Notes: a model not told the origin generated them from the letters alone. A stretch of 64,000 nucleotides of DNA from an uncultured Methanolobus sp. (GCA_963675495.1 OY776215.1:1952001-2016000), one strand, 5' to 3'; positions 38,612-49,907 are shown, numbered from the stretch's first letter. Program-made: numbers and translations.

Positions 38612-41272
38612 ATGAGTAAAGTAACCCCTGCCATGCAGCAGTTTTACGCTGCCAAGGAAGAGCATAAGGACGCCCTCATATTCTTCAGGATGGGGGACTT
38701 CTATGAGTCCTTCGGAGAGGACGCGAAGACCATTGCAAAAGAGCTTGAGATAACTCTCACTAGCCGGGGGAAGAGTAAGGATGGGGAGAAGATGCCACTG
38801 GCTGGTATTCCATACCATGCTCTTGATACTTATCTTCCCCGGCTTATCAAAAAAGGATACAAGGTAGCACTCTGTGAGCAGCTTGAGGACCCCAAAAAAG
38901 CGAAAGGTGTTGTGAAAAGAGGAGTCGTAAGAGTTGTAACGCCAGGAACTGCAATGGATTCTTCCATGTTCTCAGATTCCTCTAATAATTATCTAATGGC
39001 GGTATACAAGGAAAAGGATGAATTTGGTATCTCCTTTTTGGATATTTCTACAGGTGAATTCCTGACAACACAGTTCACAGACATTGCTCCTTATAATCGA
39101 ATTATCAGTGAAGCTGCACGCATGGGTCCATCGGAATGTATCATGCCACATTCCTTGCTTGAGGATTCACATCTCACTGGTCGCATGAAGGAACTGAGGA
39201 TCATCGTTCATGATTTTGATGGGGATGCTTTTGATTTCGACAGGGCTGAAAAAGTGCTCAGGGAACACTTCAAGGTATCAACGCTGGAAGGCATGGGTTG
39301 CAGTGAACTCCCATGTGCAGTATCTTCTGCAGGTGCAGCATTACGTTATGCAATGGATACCCAGATGAGAGAATTATCACAGGTGCAGTCCCTCAAGACC
39401 TATTTTGATTCAGAGTTCATGGTGCTGGATGCTATCACTCTGAGGAACCTTGAAATTGTCAGGAACGTACGGGGCGAGGGCAATGACTCCTCACTTATCG
39501 GGGTTCTTGATGATACAAAAACACCTATGGGTAGAAGGCAGCTCCAGAAATGGCTTCTTAAGCCGCTTATCTCGGTCGATGCTATAAACGATCGTCTGGA
39601 TTCGGTTGCATGGCTTCAGGAAAATACTCTCGTTCGTTTTGATATCCGCTCCCACCTATCCTATGTAAAGGATATGGAGCGACTTGTAGGTAGGGTTATG
39701 TATGGTAATTCCAACGCACGGGACCTTGTGGCGCTGAAAAAGTCACTTGAATCAGTTCCTCTTTTACTCGAATCCCTTCGTGAATGTAAAGGTGTGCACC
39801 TGCTGGAGAACCTTGTATCTCAGCTGTCTTCTTTCGGGGAGCTGAATGGGCTTGCTGAGCTGATTGACAGGGCCATTGTAGAAGAACCTCCACTTAGTGT
39901 GAGGGATGGAGGAATGATCAAACCGGAATACAATGAGCAGCTGGATGAGCTGTTCGATCTGTCAAAGAACGGCAAACAGTGGATTGCGAAGTTCCAGCAG
40001 AAGGAGCGTGAAAGGACAGGGATCAAATCCATGAAAGTTGGCTACAACAAAGTCTTCGGTTATTATCTCGAGGTCACAAAAGCCAACATATCCCAGGTCC
40101 CTGATGATTATATCAGAAAGCAGACCATGACCAATGCCGAGCGCTTCTACACCCCTGAACTCAAGGAGCGCGAGAGTGCTATTCTTTCTGCTGATGAGAA
40201 GATGACAGCCCTGGAGTATGAATTGCTCTGTGATATTAATTCAACGGTTGCATCACATTCAAAGCAGTTGCAGGAAACAGCTGGTTTCATTGGCATGCTG
40301 GATGTACTGGCGAACCTTGCTGAAGTGGCTGCCAACAACAATTACGTAAGGCCCTCGATAACCCCTGATTGCAGGCTTCTTATCAGGGATGGCAGACACT
40401 GTGTAGTGGAAAGCACAGTTCCGGGCGGTTTTGTACCAAATGATACGGAAATGGATTGTAGCGAGAACCAGTTCCAGCTGATAACCGGGCCCAACATGGC
40501 CGGTAAGTCCACTTACATGAGACAGATTGCCATGATCGTAATTATGGCACAGGCTGGCTCCTTTGTGCCTGCTTCCCATGCTTCAATAGGTATTGTGGAC
40601 AGGGTGTTCACAAGGGTTGGGGCTTTTGATGACCTTGCAAGCGGGCAGAGTACTTTTATGGTTGAGATGGTGGAGCTTGCCAACATCCTGAACAACGCAA
40701 CCCCGAAAAGTCTGGTGCTGCTGGATGAGATTGGCAGAGGTACCAGTACTTATGACGGTTACAGTATCGCAAAGGCAGTTGTAGAGTACATTCACAACAA
40801 AGGACGTGTAGGTGTAAGGTCACTATTTGCCACACATTACCATCAGCTCACGGATATTGCAGGGAGCCTTAAACGCGTAAGGAATTACCACATTGCTGTG
40901 AAAGAAGATGGCGATGACCTTGTCTTCCTGCGCAAGATAGTGCCCGGTGCAACTGACAGGAGCTATGGTATTCATGTTGCAAGGATTGCAGGTGTCCCAC
41001 ACGCAGTCACCACGCGGGCAAAAGAGATTCTTGAGGATATCGAGGACGAGTGTGTTATTACTGATGATGAACGCAAGAGCAGGAAGAAGCAACGTAGCAG
41101 TGCCAAATATACACAGGTAATACTGTTTGATCAGGAATCATCCTATGGTGAACCTGCCTCTCATCCTGTAATTGGGGAATTGAAAGATATGGACCTGAAT
41201 TCAATGACACCTCTTGAAGCACTTAACATGCTCAGTCAACTAAAAAGCAAACTTCTTGAAGAGGATAAATAA
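38612..41272 (+). CDS. mutS: DNA mismatch repair protein MutS
   Basis: FFRMGDFYE, TGPNMAGKST, DEIGRGT, FATHYH. Confidence 0.97.
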   Translation: MSKVTPAMQQFYAAKEEHKDALIFFRMGDFYESFGEDAKTIAKELEITLTSRGKSKDGEKMPLAGIPYHALDTYLPRLIKKGYKVALCEQLEDPKKAKGVVKRGVVRVVTPGTAMDSSMFSDSSNNYLMAVYKEKDEFGISFLDISTGEFLTTQFTDIAPYNRIISEAARMGPSECIMPHSLLEDSHLTGRMKELRIIVHDFDGDAFDFDRAEKVLREHFKVSTLEGMGCSELPCAVSSAGAALRYAMDTQMRELSQVQSLKTYFDSEFMVLDAITLRNLEIVRNVRGEGNDSSLIGVLDDTKTPMGRRQLQKWLLKPLISVDAINDRLDSVAWLQENTLVRFDIRSHLSYVKDMERLVGRVMYGNSNARDLVALKKSLESVPLLLESLRECKGVHLLENLVSQLSSFGELNGLAELIDRAIVEEPPLSVRDGGMIKPEYNEQLDELFDLSKNGKQWIAKFQQKERERTGIKSMKVGYNKVFGYYLEVTKANISQVPDDYIRKQTMTNAERFYTPELKERESAILSADEKMTALEYELLCDINSTVASHSKQLQETAGFIGMLDVLANLAEVAANNNYVRPSITPDCRLLIRDGRHCVVESTVPGGFVPNDTEMDCSENQFQLITGPNMAGKSTYMRQIAMIVIMAQAGSFVPASHASIGIVDRVFTRVGAFDDLASGQSTFMVEMVELANILNNATPKSLVLLDEIGRGTSTYDGYSIAKAVVEYIHNKGRVGVRSLFATHYHQLTDIAGSLKRVRNYHIAVKEDGDDLVFLRKIVPGATDRSYGIHVARIAGVPHAVTTRAKEILEDIEDECVITDDERKSRKKQRSSAKYTQVILFDQESSYGEPASHPVIGELKDMDLNSMTPLEALNMLSQLKSKLLEEDK

Positions 41273-41325
41273 GCGAAAGGGTGCACAGCGCACATTCAAT
41301 GTTCTATTCTATTTTCATTTGTGCT

Positions 41326-42507
41326 TTACTGCCCTGTAACAATACTTCTCTTTTGTAATAACGTCCAAGCGATCAACGCAAGAACACCACATGCCAAAGT
41401 TATGGTTCCCAATACCTTCATGCGCTCCATCCAATCCAGAGATACCAGCCACATACCCACAGCTCCAAGGGTGAAGTATGTGAATATCAACAAAGACGAT
41501 GCTGCTCCTGCATCCTTATGCACTTGTTCCAGCACAAGATGGTTGCTGGGAGGTCTGCTTATACCTATAGAATATGTTACCAAAGCCATTGGTATTGCAA
41601 AGCTCCAGGGTCCATTCTGACCAACTAACAGAATGGCTGCTGCTCCAAGTGTTATTCCTGCAAACCCGGCAGTTATCAGGTATTTGGAGTTCATTTTGTC
41701 TATCAGTTTCAGACATGACATGGACCCTGCCATAAATGCAAGGGAGTTAAAGGCAAAGAAGTAGCTGAAACTCTGCTCGCTCATGCCAAAACCGTTGATG
41801 TAAAGTGCTGATGAACCGGCAATGAAGCTGTATAACGGTAATAGGCTCACAGACATTACAAGGACCATGATGATATAGTTCCTGTTGAGTAGCAGATTTC
41901 CGTAAGAATGCATTACCTTTGAAAGGGGCGTTTTTGAAAACTCTTTTAATGTGTCGGGTGTTCGGATAACTCCCAGAAGGCCTATTATGCCCATTGCTCC
42001 CTGAACTATGAATATCCAGTACCATGTGAGGTATGTCATTATCCATCCTCCTACAATAGGGGCTAACATGGGTGCAAGTGCCATGATCACAGCTATATAA
42101 GCAAGTATTCTCTGTCTTTCTGTTCCTGAGAAGATATCTTTTGTCATAGCCATGGAAATGGATGCACTGGCAGCAGCCCCCGCAGCCTGTAGTATGCGGA
42201 ATAGTATCAATGTGGCTGCACTGTTGGCCATGGCACAAAGAATGCTTGCAAATATGTACAATGTGATACCAGCGATCAAAGGTTTTCGGCGTCCATATCT
42301 GTCTGAGATAGGTCCATAGAAAAGCAGAGAAAATCCATAGGTGGCAAAAAAACAGATGAGTATAAGGTTGACGACTGCAAGGGGCTTGTCCCACAAAAGT
42401 GCAAGTGATGGAATGGCAGGCAGTATCATGTCTGTGGAAAATGCCGGAAAGGCTGTCAAAAGACCTAACAAAGGTACAATGTTTTTTAGTTTTCCAGGAT
42501 TATCCAT
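41326..42507 (-). CDS. Bcr/CflA-family MFS drug efflux transporter
   Basis: TDMILPAIP, GPISDRYGRRKP, APMLAPIVGG; many TM helices. Confidence 0.9.
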   Translation of the reverse strand: MDNPGKLKNIVPLLGLLTAFPAFSTDMILPAIPSLALLWDKPLAVVNLILICFFATYGFSLLFYGPISDRYGRRKPLIAGITLYIFASILCAMANSAATLILFRILQAAGAAASASISMAMTKDIFSGTERQRILAYIAVIMALAPMLAPIVGGWIMTYLTWYWIFIVQGAMGIIGLLGVIRTPDTLKEFSKTPLSKVMHSYGNLLLNRNYIIMVLVMSVSLLPLYSFIAGSSALYINGFGMSEQSFSYFFAFNSLAFMAGSMSCLKLIDKMNSKYLITAGFAGITLGAAAILLVGQNGPWSFAIPMALVTYSIGISRPPSNHLVLEQVHKDAGAASSLLIFTYFTLGAVGMWLVSLDWMERMKVLGTITLACGVLALIAWTLLQKRSIVTGQ

Positions 42508-42638
42508 AATGAACCTTCTAATTTTATGTTGCCTCTAAAAGCATGAATCGATATAAGTATATTGGGAATCCAATTTACCTATTGTCAATTACTCGTGTCT
42601 ATATGGGCACATACCTGTCTGATTTTGCGAATTGTGGT

Positions 42639-42674
42639 AATACAAACACAAAAATACTAAAAACCAGATAGTTT
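42639..42674 (+). promoter_or_regulatory. 36-bp element upstream of mutL (copy 2)
   Basis: 33/36 identical to 38549-38584. Confidence 0.7.
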
Positions 42675-42716
42675 CCCGTAAAGATTTCAGAGATACTTGT
42701 GGACAGGAAGTAGAAA

Positions 42717-44609
42717 ATGACAGATAAAGCATGTGATATCAGGGGTCCAAGAATAACATTACTGGATGAGTCCACGATCAACAAAATAGCAGCAGGAGAA
42801 GTTATAGAGCGGCCTGCTTCTGTAGTTAAGGAGTTGATTGAAAACTCCGTTGATGCTCATGCGTCCGATGTTCGAGTGGAAATAGGGGGGTATGGCACGA
42901 AAAGCATTCTGGTTGTGGACAATGGTGTCGGAATGAGTCATACGGATGCATCCCTCTCCTTTAAAAAGCATGCGACCAGCAAAATTAGCGCTATCGAGGA
43001 CCTTGATAGCATTCTCACAATGGGTTTTAGGGGGGAAGCTCTGGCTTCCATTGCTTCGGTGGCAAGAGTGGAACTTGTCACCCGACAGGAGGGTGAGATC
43101 GCGGGCACGAAGGTTGTTGTCGATAGCAGTGGAATTAAAAGTATAACTTCTGCAGGCACTGCCGTGGGGACCAGTATACTTGTCAATGACCTGTTCTACA
43201 GTACGCCTGCCCGTAAGAAATATCTTAAAAGTGCTAGGACGGAACTTGCACACATTATCGATGTAGTTTCCAGGAATTCACTTGCACATTCAGATGTCTC
43301 ATTCACTCTAGTGGTGGATGGTAAGGTGACACTCAGGTCCCCTTCATCGGCTAAAATGCTGGATAGTATCGTACATCTTTACGGTGCTGATGTCGCACGT
43401 TCTCTTGTTCCAGTGGAATTTGAGTCGGATTTGATTACTATTTCCGGCTATATTTCAAAGCCGGAACTCACAAGGAGCGGAAAGGACCTGCAGGTGTTTT
43501 TCATTAATGGAAGGTCTATCTTTTCAAATCAGATCAGCAATGCTGTAAGGCTTGGATACTATACTCTGCTTCCTAAAGGGCGCTATCCTGCGGCTTTTCT
43601 TAATTTCATGATCGACCCGGTCAATGTGGATGTGAATGTGCATCCTGCAAAAAGAGAGGTCAGGCTGAGCCATGAAAAAGAGATTGAAGCTATGGTTATT
43701 TCTGCCGTTGAGGATGCTCTTGGAAAAGAATCACTGGTTCCTGAAATACAGGTTAAGAAGGATGTGCCTGTCCAGGTTTATTTATCTGAACCTAAAGTGA
43801 AAGAAGAAGAGGAATCTGTTAGAACATCGGATAAGCCTGATGGATCTGATACTGTTGAAGACGAGCCTTACATTTCAGGTTCATTGCAGGACATTTCACC
43901 ACAGGATGCTGTTATCAAAGAAAACAAAGAACCTTACCACTATCCTGCAAAGGACACCCAGAAACGGCTGAAGAAGAGTGAAAGGTTGCAGATGAGTGTA
44001 ACTTCCAATGAAGTGGTGGAACTTAGCAGTTCTTTTAAGCCATCTGATGTGAAGGTGTACGGTCAGTACGCTGATCTTTACATAATCAGTGAGATGGATG
44101 GCAAACTCATTCTCATTGACCAGCATGCTGCACATGAGCGCATTATGTATGAAGAAGTGCTCAGGATGCAGGACATGGGGTGGCAGGAACTTATTACACC
44201 TGTGACACTTGATCTGAGCCAGAAGGAAAAAGCCATAATCGAAGATTTCATTCCTGATCTGGAAAATATAGGTTTTTCAATTTCTGAATTTGGTCCGAAG
44301 AGTTATGTAGTTACAACGGTTCCGAGTATTTTTGGGAAGCTTGAGGATACTGATGTCATTCACGATATTATCTCAGACCTCCTGTCCACCGGAAGGGTGA
44401 AAGAGGACACCGAGAGGTATGATCTCCTTTGTAGCACAATGGCATGCAGGGCAGCTATCAAGGCAGGTGCGGTGTGCAGTGCAAAACAGATGGAAGAACT
44501 TATTCGCCAGTTGATGCATTGTAGCAACCCATATACATGTCCGCATGGTCGCCCTACTATGATTTCCTTTACTAAAGATGAACTGGCAAAGCTCTTTAAA
44601 AGGACCTGA
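42717..44609 (+). CDS. mutL: DNA mismatch repair endonuclease MutL
   Basis: IAAGEVIERP, GFRGEALAS, DQHAAHER, ACR, CPHGRP. Confidence 0.97.
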   Translation: MTDKACDIRGPRITLLDESTINKIAAGEVIERPASVVKELIENSVDAHASDVRVEIGGYGTKSILVVDNGVGMSHTDASLSFKKHATSKISAIEDLDSILTMGFRGEALASIASVARVELVTRQEGEIAGTKVVVDSSGIKSITSAGTAVGTSILVNDLFYSTPARKKYLKSARTELAHIIDVVSRNSLAHSDVSFTLVVDGKVTLRSPSSAKMLDSIVHLYGADVARSLVPVEFESDLITISGYISKPELTRSGKDLQVFFINGRSIFSNQISNAVRLGYYTLLPKGRYPAAFLNFMIDPVNVDVNVHPAKREVRLSHEKEIEAMVISAVEDALGKESLVPEIQVKKDVPVQVYLSEPKVKEEEESVRTSDKPDGSDTVEDEPYISGSLQDISPQDAVIKENKEPYHYPAKDTQKRLKKSERLQMSVTSNEVVELSSSFKPSDVKVYGQYADLYIISEMDGKLILIDQHAAHERIMYEEVLRMQDMGWQELITPVTLDLSQKEKAIIEDFIPDLENIGFSISEFGPKSYVVTTVPSIFGKLEDTDVIHDIISDLLSTGRVKEDTERYDLLCSTMACRAAIKAGAVCSAKQMEELIRQLMHCSNPYTCPHGRPTMISFTKDELAKLFKRT

Positions 44610-44653
44610 TAGAGTCGGTAGATTTTAAAAGTATTAATTACAATTGACCAGAG

Positions 44654-45664
44654 ATGATCGACCCGGTAAATAAATCAAAGATACCAGACGAGTGGCTGGA
44701 TCGCTCAAAGATGCCACGTGATGAGCTGGAAGAAGGTATAAAGAACGGAATGCTTGTAGTTCTAAGTGATGGTTCTGTACTGAAAAGAGGATATACTACC
44801 GGGACCACTGCAGCAATGGCTGCAAAGGCATCAGTTCTTTCCATTGCAGGTGAGGTCACACATATTTCTGTACCAACATCAGTGGGACTCCGTGCAGAGA
44901 TGGATGTCAAAGGCAACAAGGGGCATGCTGTTGCAATAAAAATGAATAACGATCACGAATCTGATATTACCAGGGGTCTTGAGTTCGCTGCTGATGCCAG
45001 GGAAGCAGATGGGATTACTGTTTATGCAGGTGAAGGAATAGGTATTGTCACCCGCAGTGGCCTGGAATCAAAAAAAGGTCATCCGGCAATCAATCCTCAT
45101 CCCATGGAACAGATAAAAGCCTCAATTGCCGAAGCTGTTGAAGAACTTGGGCTCAAAGGGGCAGAAGTTACCATTTATCTCCCACACGGCAAAGAAATAG
45201 CAAAAGAGACCCTTAACAGCCGTATCGGCATCATTGATGGGATCTCTATTCTTGGCAGTACAGGATTTGTGGAGCCATGGAATGATCACCTTGGCGAGAT
45301 GAAAGGTGATCTTATCAGACATTCTGACAAGGTAGTGCTTACAACCGGAAGAGTGGGTATCCGTTACTCTACCATGCTCTTTCCTGATCACACTGTTGTA
45401 CTTGCCGGAAGTCGTATATCTGAAGCACTTGATGCAGCTCATGGTGATGTTGTCATTTGCGGACTTCCCGGTCTTGTTTTGAAATGGGGAAATCCTGATA
45501 TGCTGAAGGGCAGTGGCTTTGCCACAGTTGTTGAAATGCTTGATATTGATCCGCAGAACCAGCGTCTGAAACAGGCTTTTAATATGGCTGTGGAAAAAGG
45601 CAATGGTGCCCGTATTGTTGTTGTTGACAGGGATGGAACTGTTTTGATGGATAGCGGGGAATAA
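44654..45664 (+). CDS. cbiD: Cobalt-precorrin-5B C1-methyltransferase
   Basis: [32 protein letters not shown]. Confidence 0.92.
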   Translation: MIDPVNKSKIPDEWLDRSKMPRDELEEGIKNGMLVVLSDGSVLKRGYTTGTTAAMAAKASVLSIAGEVTHISVPTSVGLRAEMDVKGNKGHAVAIKMNNDHESDITRGLEFAADAREADGITVYAGEGIGIVTRSGLESKKGHPAINPHPMEQIKASIAEAVEELGLKGAEVTIYLPHGKEIAKETLNSRIGIIDGISILGSTGFVEPWNDHLGEMKGDLIRHSDKVVLTTGRVGIRYSTMLFPDHTVVLAGSRISEALDAAHGDVVICGLPGLVLKWGNPDMLKGSGFATVVEMLDIDPQNQRLKQAFNMAVEKGNGARIVVVDRDGTVLMDSGE

Positions 45665-45666
45665 AC

Positions 45667-46248
45667 ATGATAATAGTGGGTGTCGGTGTCGGACCTAAAA
45701 TGCTGACCCAGGAAGCCATAGAAGTAATCAGCAATGCTTCTGTTGTGTATGGTTCCAGACGCTCCATCGAACTTGCGGAAGAATTCATAAAATGTGAATC
45801 TCTTCTGATCAAGGATTACAAGAACCTTCATCTTTTACCTGAAGATGCTGTTATTTTGTCCACAGGTGATCCTATGTTCTCAGGGCTTGGTAAATTTGCC
45901 ACAGAGAATGACAGGGTTGTTACAGGCGTATCTTCAATACAGGCAGCATGTTCACGTTTTCATGTGGAGATGTCAAACCTTGCTCTTATCACTGCACATG
46001 GCAGGGATCCTGCTCCGGCAAAAGAGGCTTTCATAAGGGAAATTAGCCTGGGAAAGAACATCTTTCTGCTTCCAGCTGACAGTTTTGGCCCAAAGGAAGT
46101 TGCTGCAGTTCTTCAGGAAATGAGTGTAGATGCTCGTATATGCATCTACGAGGATATAGGATATCCTCACGAACGTGCGGTATGCGGTACAGTGGATGAA
46201 CCACCGGAGAATCACTCTGATATGTACTGTATTGTGATTGTACGTTAA
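45667..46248 (+). CDS. cbiE: Cobalt-precorrin-7 C5-methyltransferase
   Basis: VGVGVGP, STGDPMFSG, GVSSIQ, AHGR. Confidence 0.88.
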   Translation: MIIVGVGVGPKMLTQEAIEVISNASVVYGSRRSIELAEEFIKCESLLIKDYKNLHLLPEDAVILSTGDPMFSGLGKFATENDRVVTGVSSIQAACSRFHVEMSNLALITAHGRDPAPAKEAFIREISLGKNIFLLPADSFGPKEVAAVLQEMSVDARICIYEDIGYPHERAVCGTVDEPPENHSDMYCIVIVR

Positions 46249-46543
46249 ATCGTTTCAAAAAACTTATTTTTTTGTAGCTACACAATTTATTCTGTTTTAA
46301 TTGTTTTCTCATATTGTTTTCTTCATGGGTGTGTTTTAGTAACAGAATGTATCTCATGTGGTAATTACAATGTATAAATCTCTATATGGGTGTTATCTTT
46401 CAAGGTAAGAATGCTAATCTCTGGTGCGAATCGTTATGTTTATGTACCATAACATATTACATCCATTATCCAAAACAAATTAAGTTGATTATGTATGGTA
46501 CTCTTATTGATTTATGGTGATTAAAAATGGAAGGTGACAATTA

Positions 46544-47239
46544 ATGCATATATTTGAAGGTTTTCTACCATCTCCTTGGTGGCAGGCATGGTTTGTAATA
46601 TCTATTCCTGTGATATTGTATGGCATGTATAAGATGAACAAACTTGTCAGTGAAAGGCGTGAGGTTGTACCTCTGCTCGCTGTCGCTGGAGCATTCATAT
46701 TCGTTCTTTCATCTCTGAAACTTCCTTCAGTAACCGGAAGTTCTTCTCATCCTACGGGAACTGGAATGGCAGCTATCCTATTTGGACCGGCAATCACGGC
46801 TGTTCTTGGTGTTATCGTTCTTATCTATCAGGCAATTTTCCTGGCACATGGTGGTATAACAACTCTTGGTGCAAATGCTGCATCCATGGCAATAATTGGT
46901 CCTCTGGTTGCTTTCCTTTTCTATAAGGCAGCATCAAAAGCAGGAATGAATTTTTACCTGAATGTTTTCCTTGCAACTGCAATTGCAGATTGGGTTACTT
47001 ATGTCATAACTTCTCTTCAATTGGCGCTGGCTTTCCCTTCGGCGAGTGGTGGCGTATTGGCATCGTTCATAGCATTCGGTGGAATATTTGCAACAACCCA
47101 GGTGCCATTGGCAATACTGGAAGGAGCTCTTACAGCACTTATCATGAAATACGTGGTTCAGATCAAGAGTGATGTACTGGTAGATCTCAATGTACTTACC
47201 ACAACAACTGTTGCAAAACTCAAGGAGGCAATGCAATGA
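46544..47239 (+). CDS. cbiM: Cobalt ECF S-component CbiM
   Basis: MHIFEGFL N-terminus, GSSSHPTG, AHGGITTLGAN. Confidence 0.95.
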   Translation: MHIFEGFLPSPWWQAWFVISIPVILYGMYKMNKLVSERREVVPLLAVAGAFIFVLSSLKLPSVTGSSSHPTGTGMAAILFGPAITAVLGVIVLIYQAIFLAHGGITTLGANAASMAIIGPLVAFLFYKAASKAGMNFYLNVFLATAIADWVTYVITSLQLALAFPSASGGVLASFIAFGGIFATTQVPLAILEGALTALIMKYVVQIKSDVLVDLNVLTTTTVAKLKEAMQ

Positions 47240-47529
47240 AACTGGAGTATATTGTAGCTATTGTAGTATTGCTCTTCGCTGCACAGTTCTTCTATGGTGT
47301 TTCAGCAAATCCTGACTCCGAATTTGGCGGTGCTGACGGTGCAGCCGGTGATTTTGTCTCTGAAATATCTCCTGGCTATGAGCCTGCAGAACCATGGTTC
47401 GCTGATTATTTGTTTGAGCCACCAGGTGGAGAAACAGAAAGTTTGCTCTTTGCGCTTCAGGCTGCCTTTGGTGCGATTGTAATCGGATATACAATTGGTT
47501 ACTATAAGGGAAAAGGCCAAAATAATTAA
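47236..47529 (+). CDS. cbiN: CbiN
   Basis: FGGADG, PW, PPGGETESLLFALQAA. Confidence 0.93.
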   Translation: MKLEYIVAIVVLLFAAQFFYGVSANPDSEFGGADGAAGDFVSEISPGYEPAEPWFADYLFEPPGGETESLLFALQAAFGAIVIGYTIGYYKGKGQNN

Positions 47530-47762
47530 TCTCTAATGTGCTTCTCTGAAGAAGCACAAATCTCTTTTTTATTTTCATTTTATTTTTATCGGATGCTTCG
47601 GACACTTTTTTTGAAGGTGTTATGTTTTATGGCAATAATCATAATTACCAATACTTAAAAACGAAATGCTTATGTATGAGGCTCTATATCATATTTGGTT
47701 ACGTCTATGACTTTAAGTGATATGGTCAATTCAAATTGATTTATATTTGGTTGGTTCAAAAA

Positions 47763-48545
47763 ATGGCACATATGCTTGATGACTATGCTGTAATGAGTCC
47801 GCTTAGATACAAGAACAACTGGCTTAAGGTAGCTATTGTTACTTTCGGCCTTCTTGTGGGTGTTTCTTCTAATTCTCCGTTGGTTCCTTTTCTTATAGCT
47901 CTATGCATGAGTTTTGCAACTATCTATTTCGGGAAGATACCTGTTTCTTTCTATCTCAAAATACTGGCTGCACCAGCAGGATTTGTTCTTGTGAGTGCTG
48001 TCATAATAGCATTTTTTTTCGGGGAAGGTGCTAAATTATTTTCGTTTGATCTATTTGGTTTTACACTTGGTGTGAGCCCTGCGGGTCTTAACATGGCTCT
48101 TTTGGTGCTTGCACGTACTTTGGGTGGCATGTCCTGTCTGTTCTTTCTGTCACTTACCACTCCTATGATCGAACTGTTCTCAGTTTTGAAAGCCACAAGA
48201 CTTCCAGACTCATTTATTGAGGTATCTATGATGATGTATCGCTACATTTTCGTCTTCCTTGATGTGGCAATAGGTGTGCAGTATGCACAATCGGTCAGGC
48301 TGGGCTATAAGGATTTCAAAACATCTTTCAGATCAATGGTTATGTTGGGCAGCAATCTTTTCATAAGGTCCTGGGAACAAGGTGAAAAGATATATGTATC
48401 AATGAACTCACGATGTTATGATGGAAAATTGATAATGCTTGATGAAAAACGACCTGTTAAGAAGCCCGAGGCCATACTAACTATGGGCTATTTTGTATTT
48501 GTTATCCTTGTTTTCTACTTTAGCAGGGGACTATCCGTTTTTTGA
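47763..48545 (+). CDS. cbiQ: Cobalt ECF T component CbiQ
   Basis: LSLTTPM, YRYIFV, RLGY, MNSRCYDG. Confidence 0.92.
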   Translation: MAHMLDDYAVMSPLRYKNNWLKVAIVTFGLLVGVSSNSPLVPFLIALCMSFATIYFGKIPVSFYLKILAAPAGFVLVSAVIIAFFFGEGAKLFSFDLFGFTLGVSPAGLNMALLVLARTLGGMSCLFFLSLTTPMIELFSVLKATRLPDSFIEVSMMMYRYIFVFLDVAIGVQYAQSVRLGYKDFKTSFRSMVMLGSNLFIRSWEQGEKIYVSMNSRCYDGKLIMLDEKRPVKKPEAILTMGYFVFVILVFYFSRGLSVF

Positions 48546-48554
48546 GGTGAGAAA

Positions 48555-49907
48555 ATGGCTGTACTAGAAACAAAGAATCTTAGTTTTTCTTATCCAGATG
48601 GCACTCTTGCTCTTGATAATATTAACGTCACAATTGAAAAAGGTAAAAAAATAGCATTTGTTGGACGTAATGGTTCGGGGAAATCCACTCTGTTTCTCAC
48701 AATGAATGGAACTCACCGGCCAAAAAAAGGGGATATACTTTTTCATGGTAAACCCATGAAATATGATTCAAAATCTCTCAGGGAAGTAAGAAAAAATATT
48801 GGAATTGTCTTCCAGAACTCAGATGATCAGATATTTGCTCCTACTATCTATCAGGATGTTGCTTTTGGACCCACTAACCTTGGTTACTCCAAGGACAAGG
48901 TGGAATCCATTGTTCATAAAACCCTTGAATATGTTGGTTTGATGGACCTTAAAGATAAGCCTCCTCATCATTTGAGTGGGGGGCAGAAAAAAAGAGTTGC
49001 TATTGCAGGTATTGTTGCAATGGATCCTGAGATTATCATTCTCGATGAACCCCTTGCAAATCTGGATCCGGTAGGTGCAGATGAGGTGATGGATCTGCTC
49101 AATGAATTGAACTATTTTGGCAAGACCATTATTATTTCAACACATGATGTAAATCTTGCTTATGGCTGGGCAGACTATGTTTTTTTGATGAACGAACATA
49201 AGATCATCAGTGAAGGTACACCTGAAGCAATTTTCATGCAGGATGATAACTTAAAGGCTGCCTATCTCAGAAGGCCTGTTACTCTTGAGATATACGAGGA
49301 AATCAAAAGGCGAGGTATGGTTAAACCTGAGTGCTGTCCTCGTGACATACCTGACCTTGTCCATTCTTTGCGTACACAGCAATTATTATGGGCAAAAGTT
49401 CCATCTGAGGTAAAAGAAGGGGACTACATCAATCTTGGTATACTCTATGGTGCATATGCACCCGAGTCTGGTTATGAAGCTGCAAACTGCAAGGTTCTCC
49501 ACCTTTATGATGATGGTCTTGCAATTGTCGAAATGGACAGGAGGCCTTATAGAGCGGGATCCATTGGTATCTATAATATGGAAAGTTACTCCAAAGAGAA
49601 TCTGCTGGATCTGATAGACCGGGATGAGATCGAATGTATTGGTGCCATGGGTAAGAGGAGCAAGGTTCTGGCTGAGCGGGATGATATATACCTTGACGTG
49701 ACTGCAGGCGTGGTCGACCGTTCCATTCTTAATTCATTGGCTGGTCAGAGGTGCCTTATACTGACAAATGGTGGTATGGTATACCATGCACTGGAAAGAA
49801 TTCAATCCTACATGGATAAGAGTGGGATTAATATTCCTGTAAGCGTCGTAAATTTCAAACAAAAAACATCTGATGTACAGGATGCTAGTGATGAGGTACT
49901 GACTTGA
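48555..49907 (+). CDS. cbiO: Cobalt ECF ATPase CbiO with C-terminal extension
   Basis: [26 protein letters not shown], plus roughly 170 extra C-terminal residues. Confidence 0.9.
   Translation: MAVLETKNLSFSYPDGTLALDNINVTIEKGKKIAFVGRNGSGKSTLFLTMNGTHRPKKGDILFHGKPMKYDSKSLREVRKNIGIVFQNSDDQIFAPTIYQDVAFGPTNLGYSKDKVESIVHKTLEYVGLMDLKDKPPHHLSGGQKKRVAIAGIVAMDPEIIILDEPLANLDPVGADEVMDLLNELNYFGKTIIISTHDVNLAYGWADYVFLMNEHKIISEGTPEAIFMQDDNLKAAYLRRPVTLEIYEEIKRRGMVKPECCPRDIPDLVHSLRTQQLLWAKVPSEVKEGDYINLGILYGAYAPESGYEAANCKVLHLYDDGLAIVEMDRRPYRAGSIGIYNMESYSKENLLDLIDRDEIECIGAMGKRSKVLAERDDIYLDVTAGVVDRSILNSLAGQRCLILTNGGMVYHALERIQSYMDKSGINIPVSVVNFKQKTSDVQDASDEVLT

Noticed and set aside
46250-46543. Cobalamin riboswitch upstream of cbiM
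   Set aside because: AT-rich, with no B12-box or GC-rich stems visible
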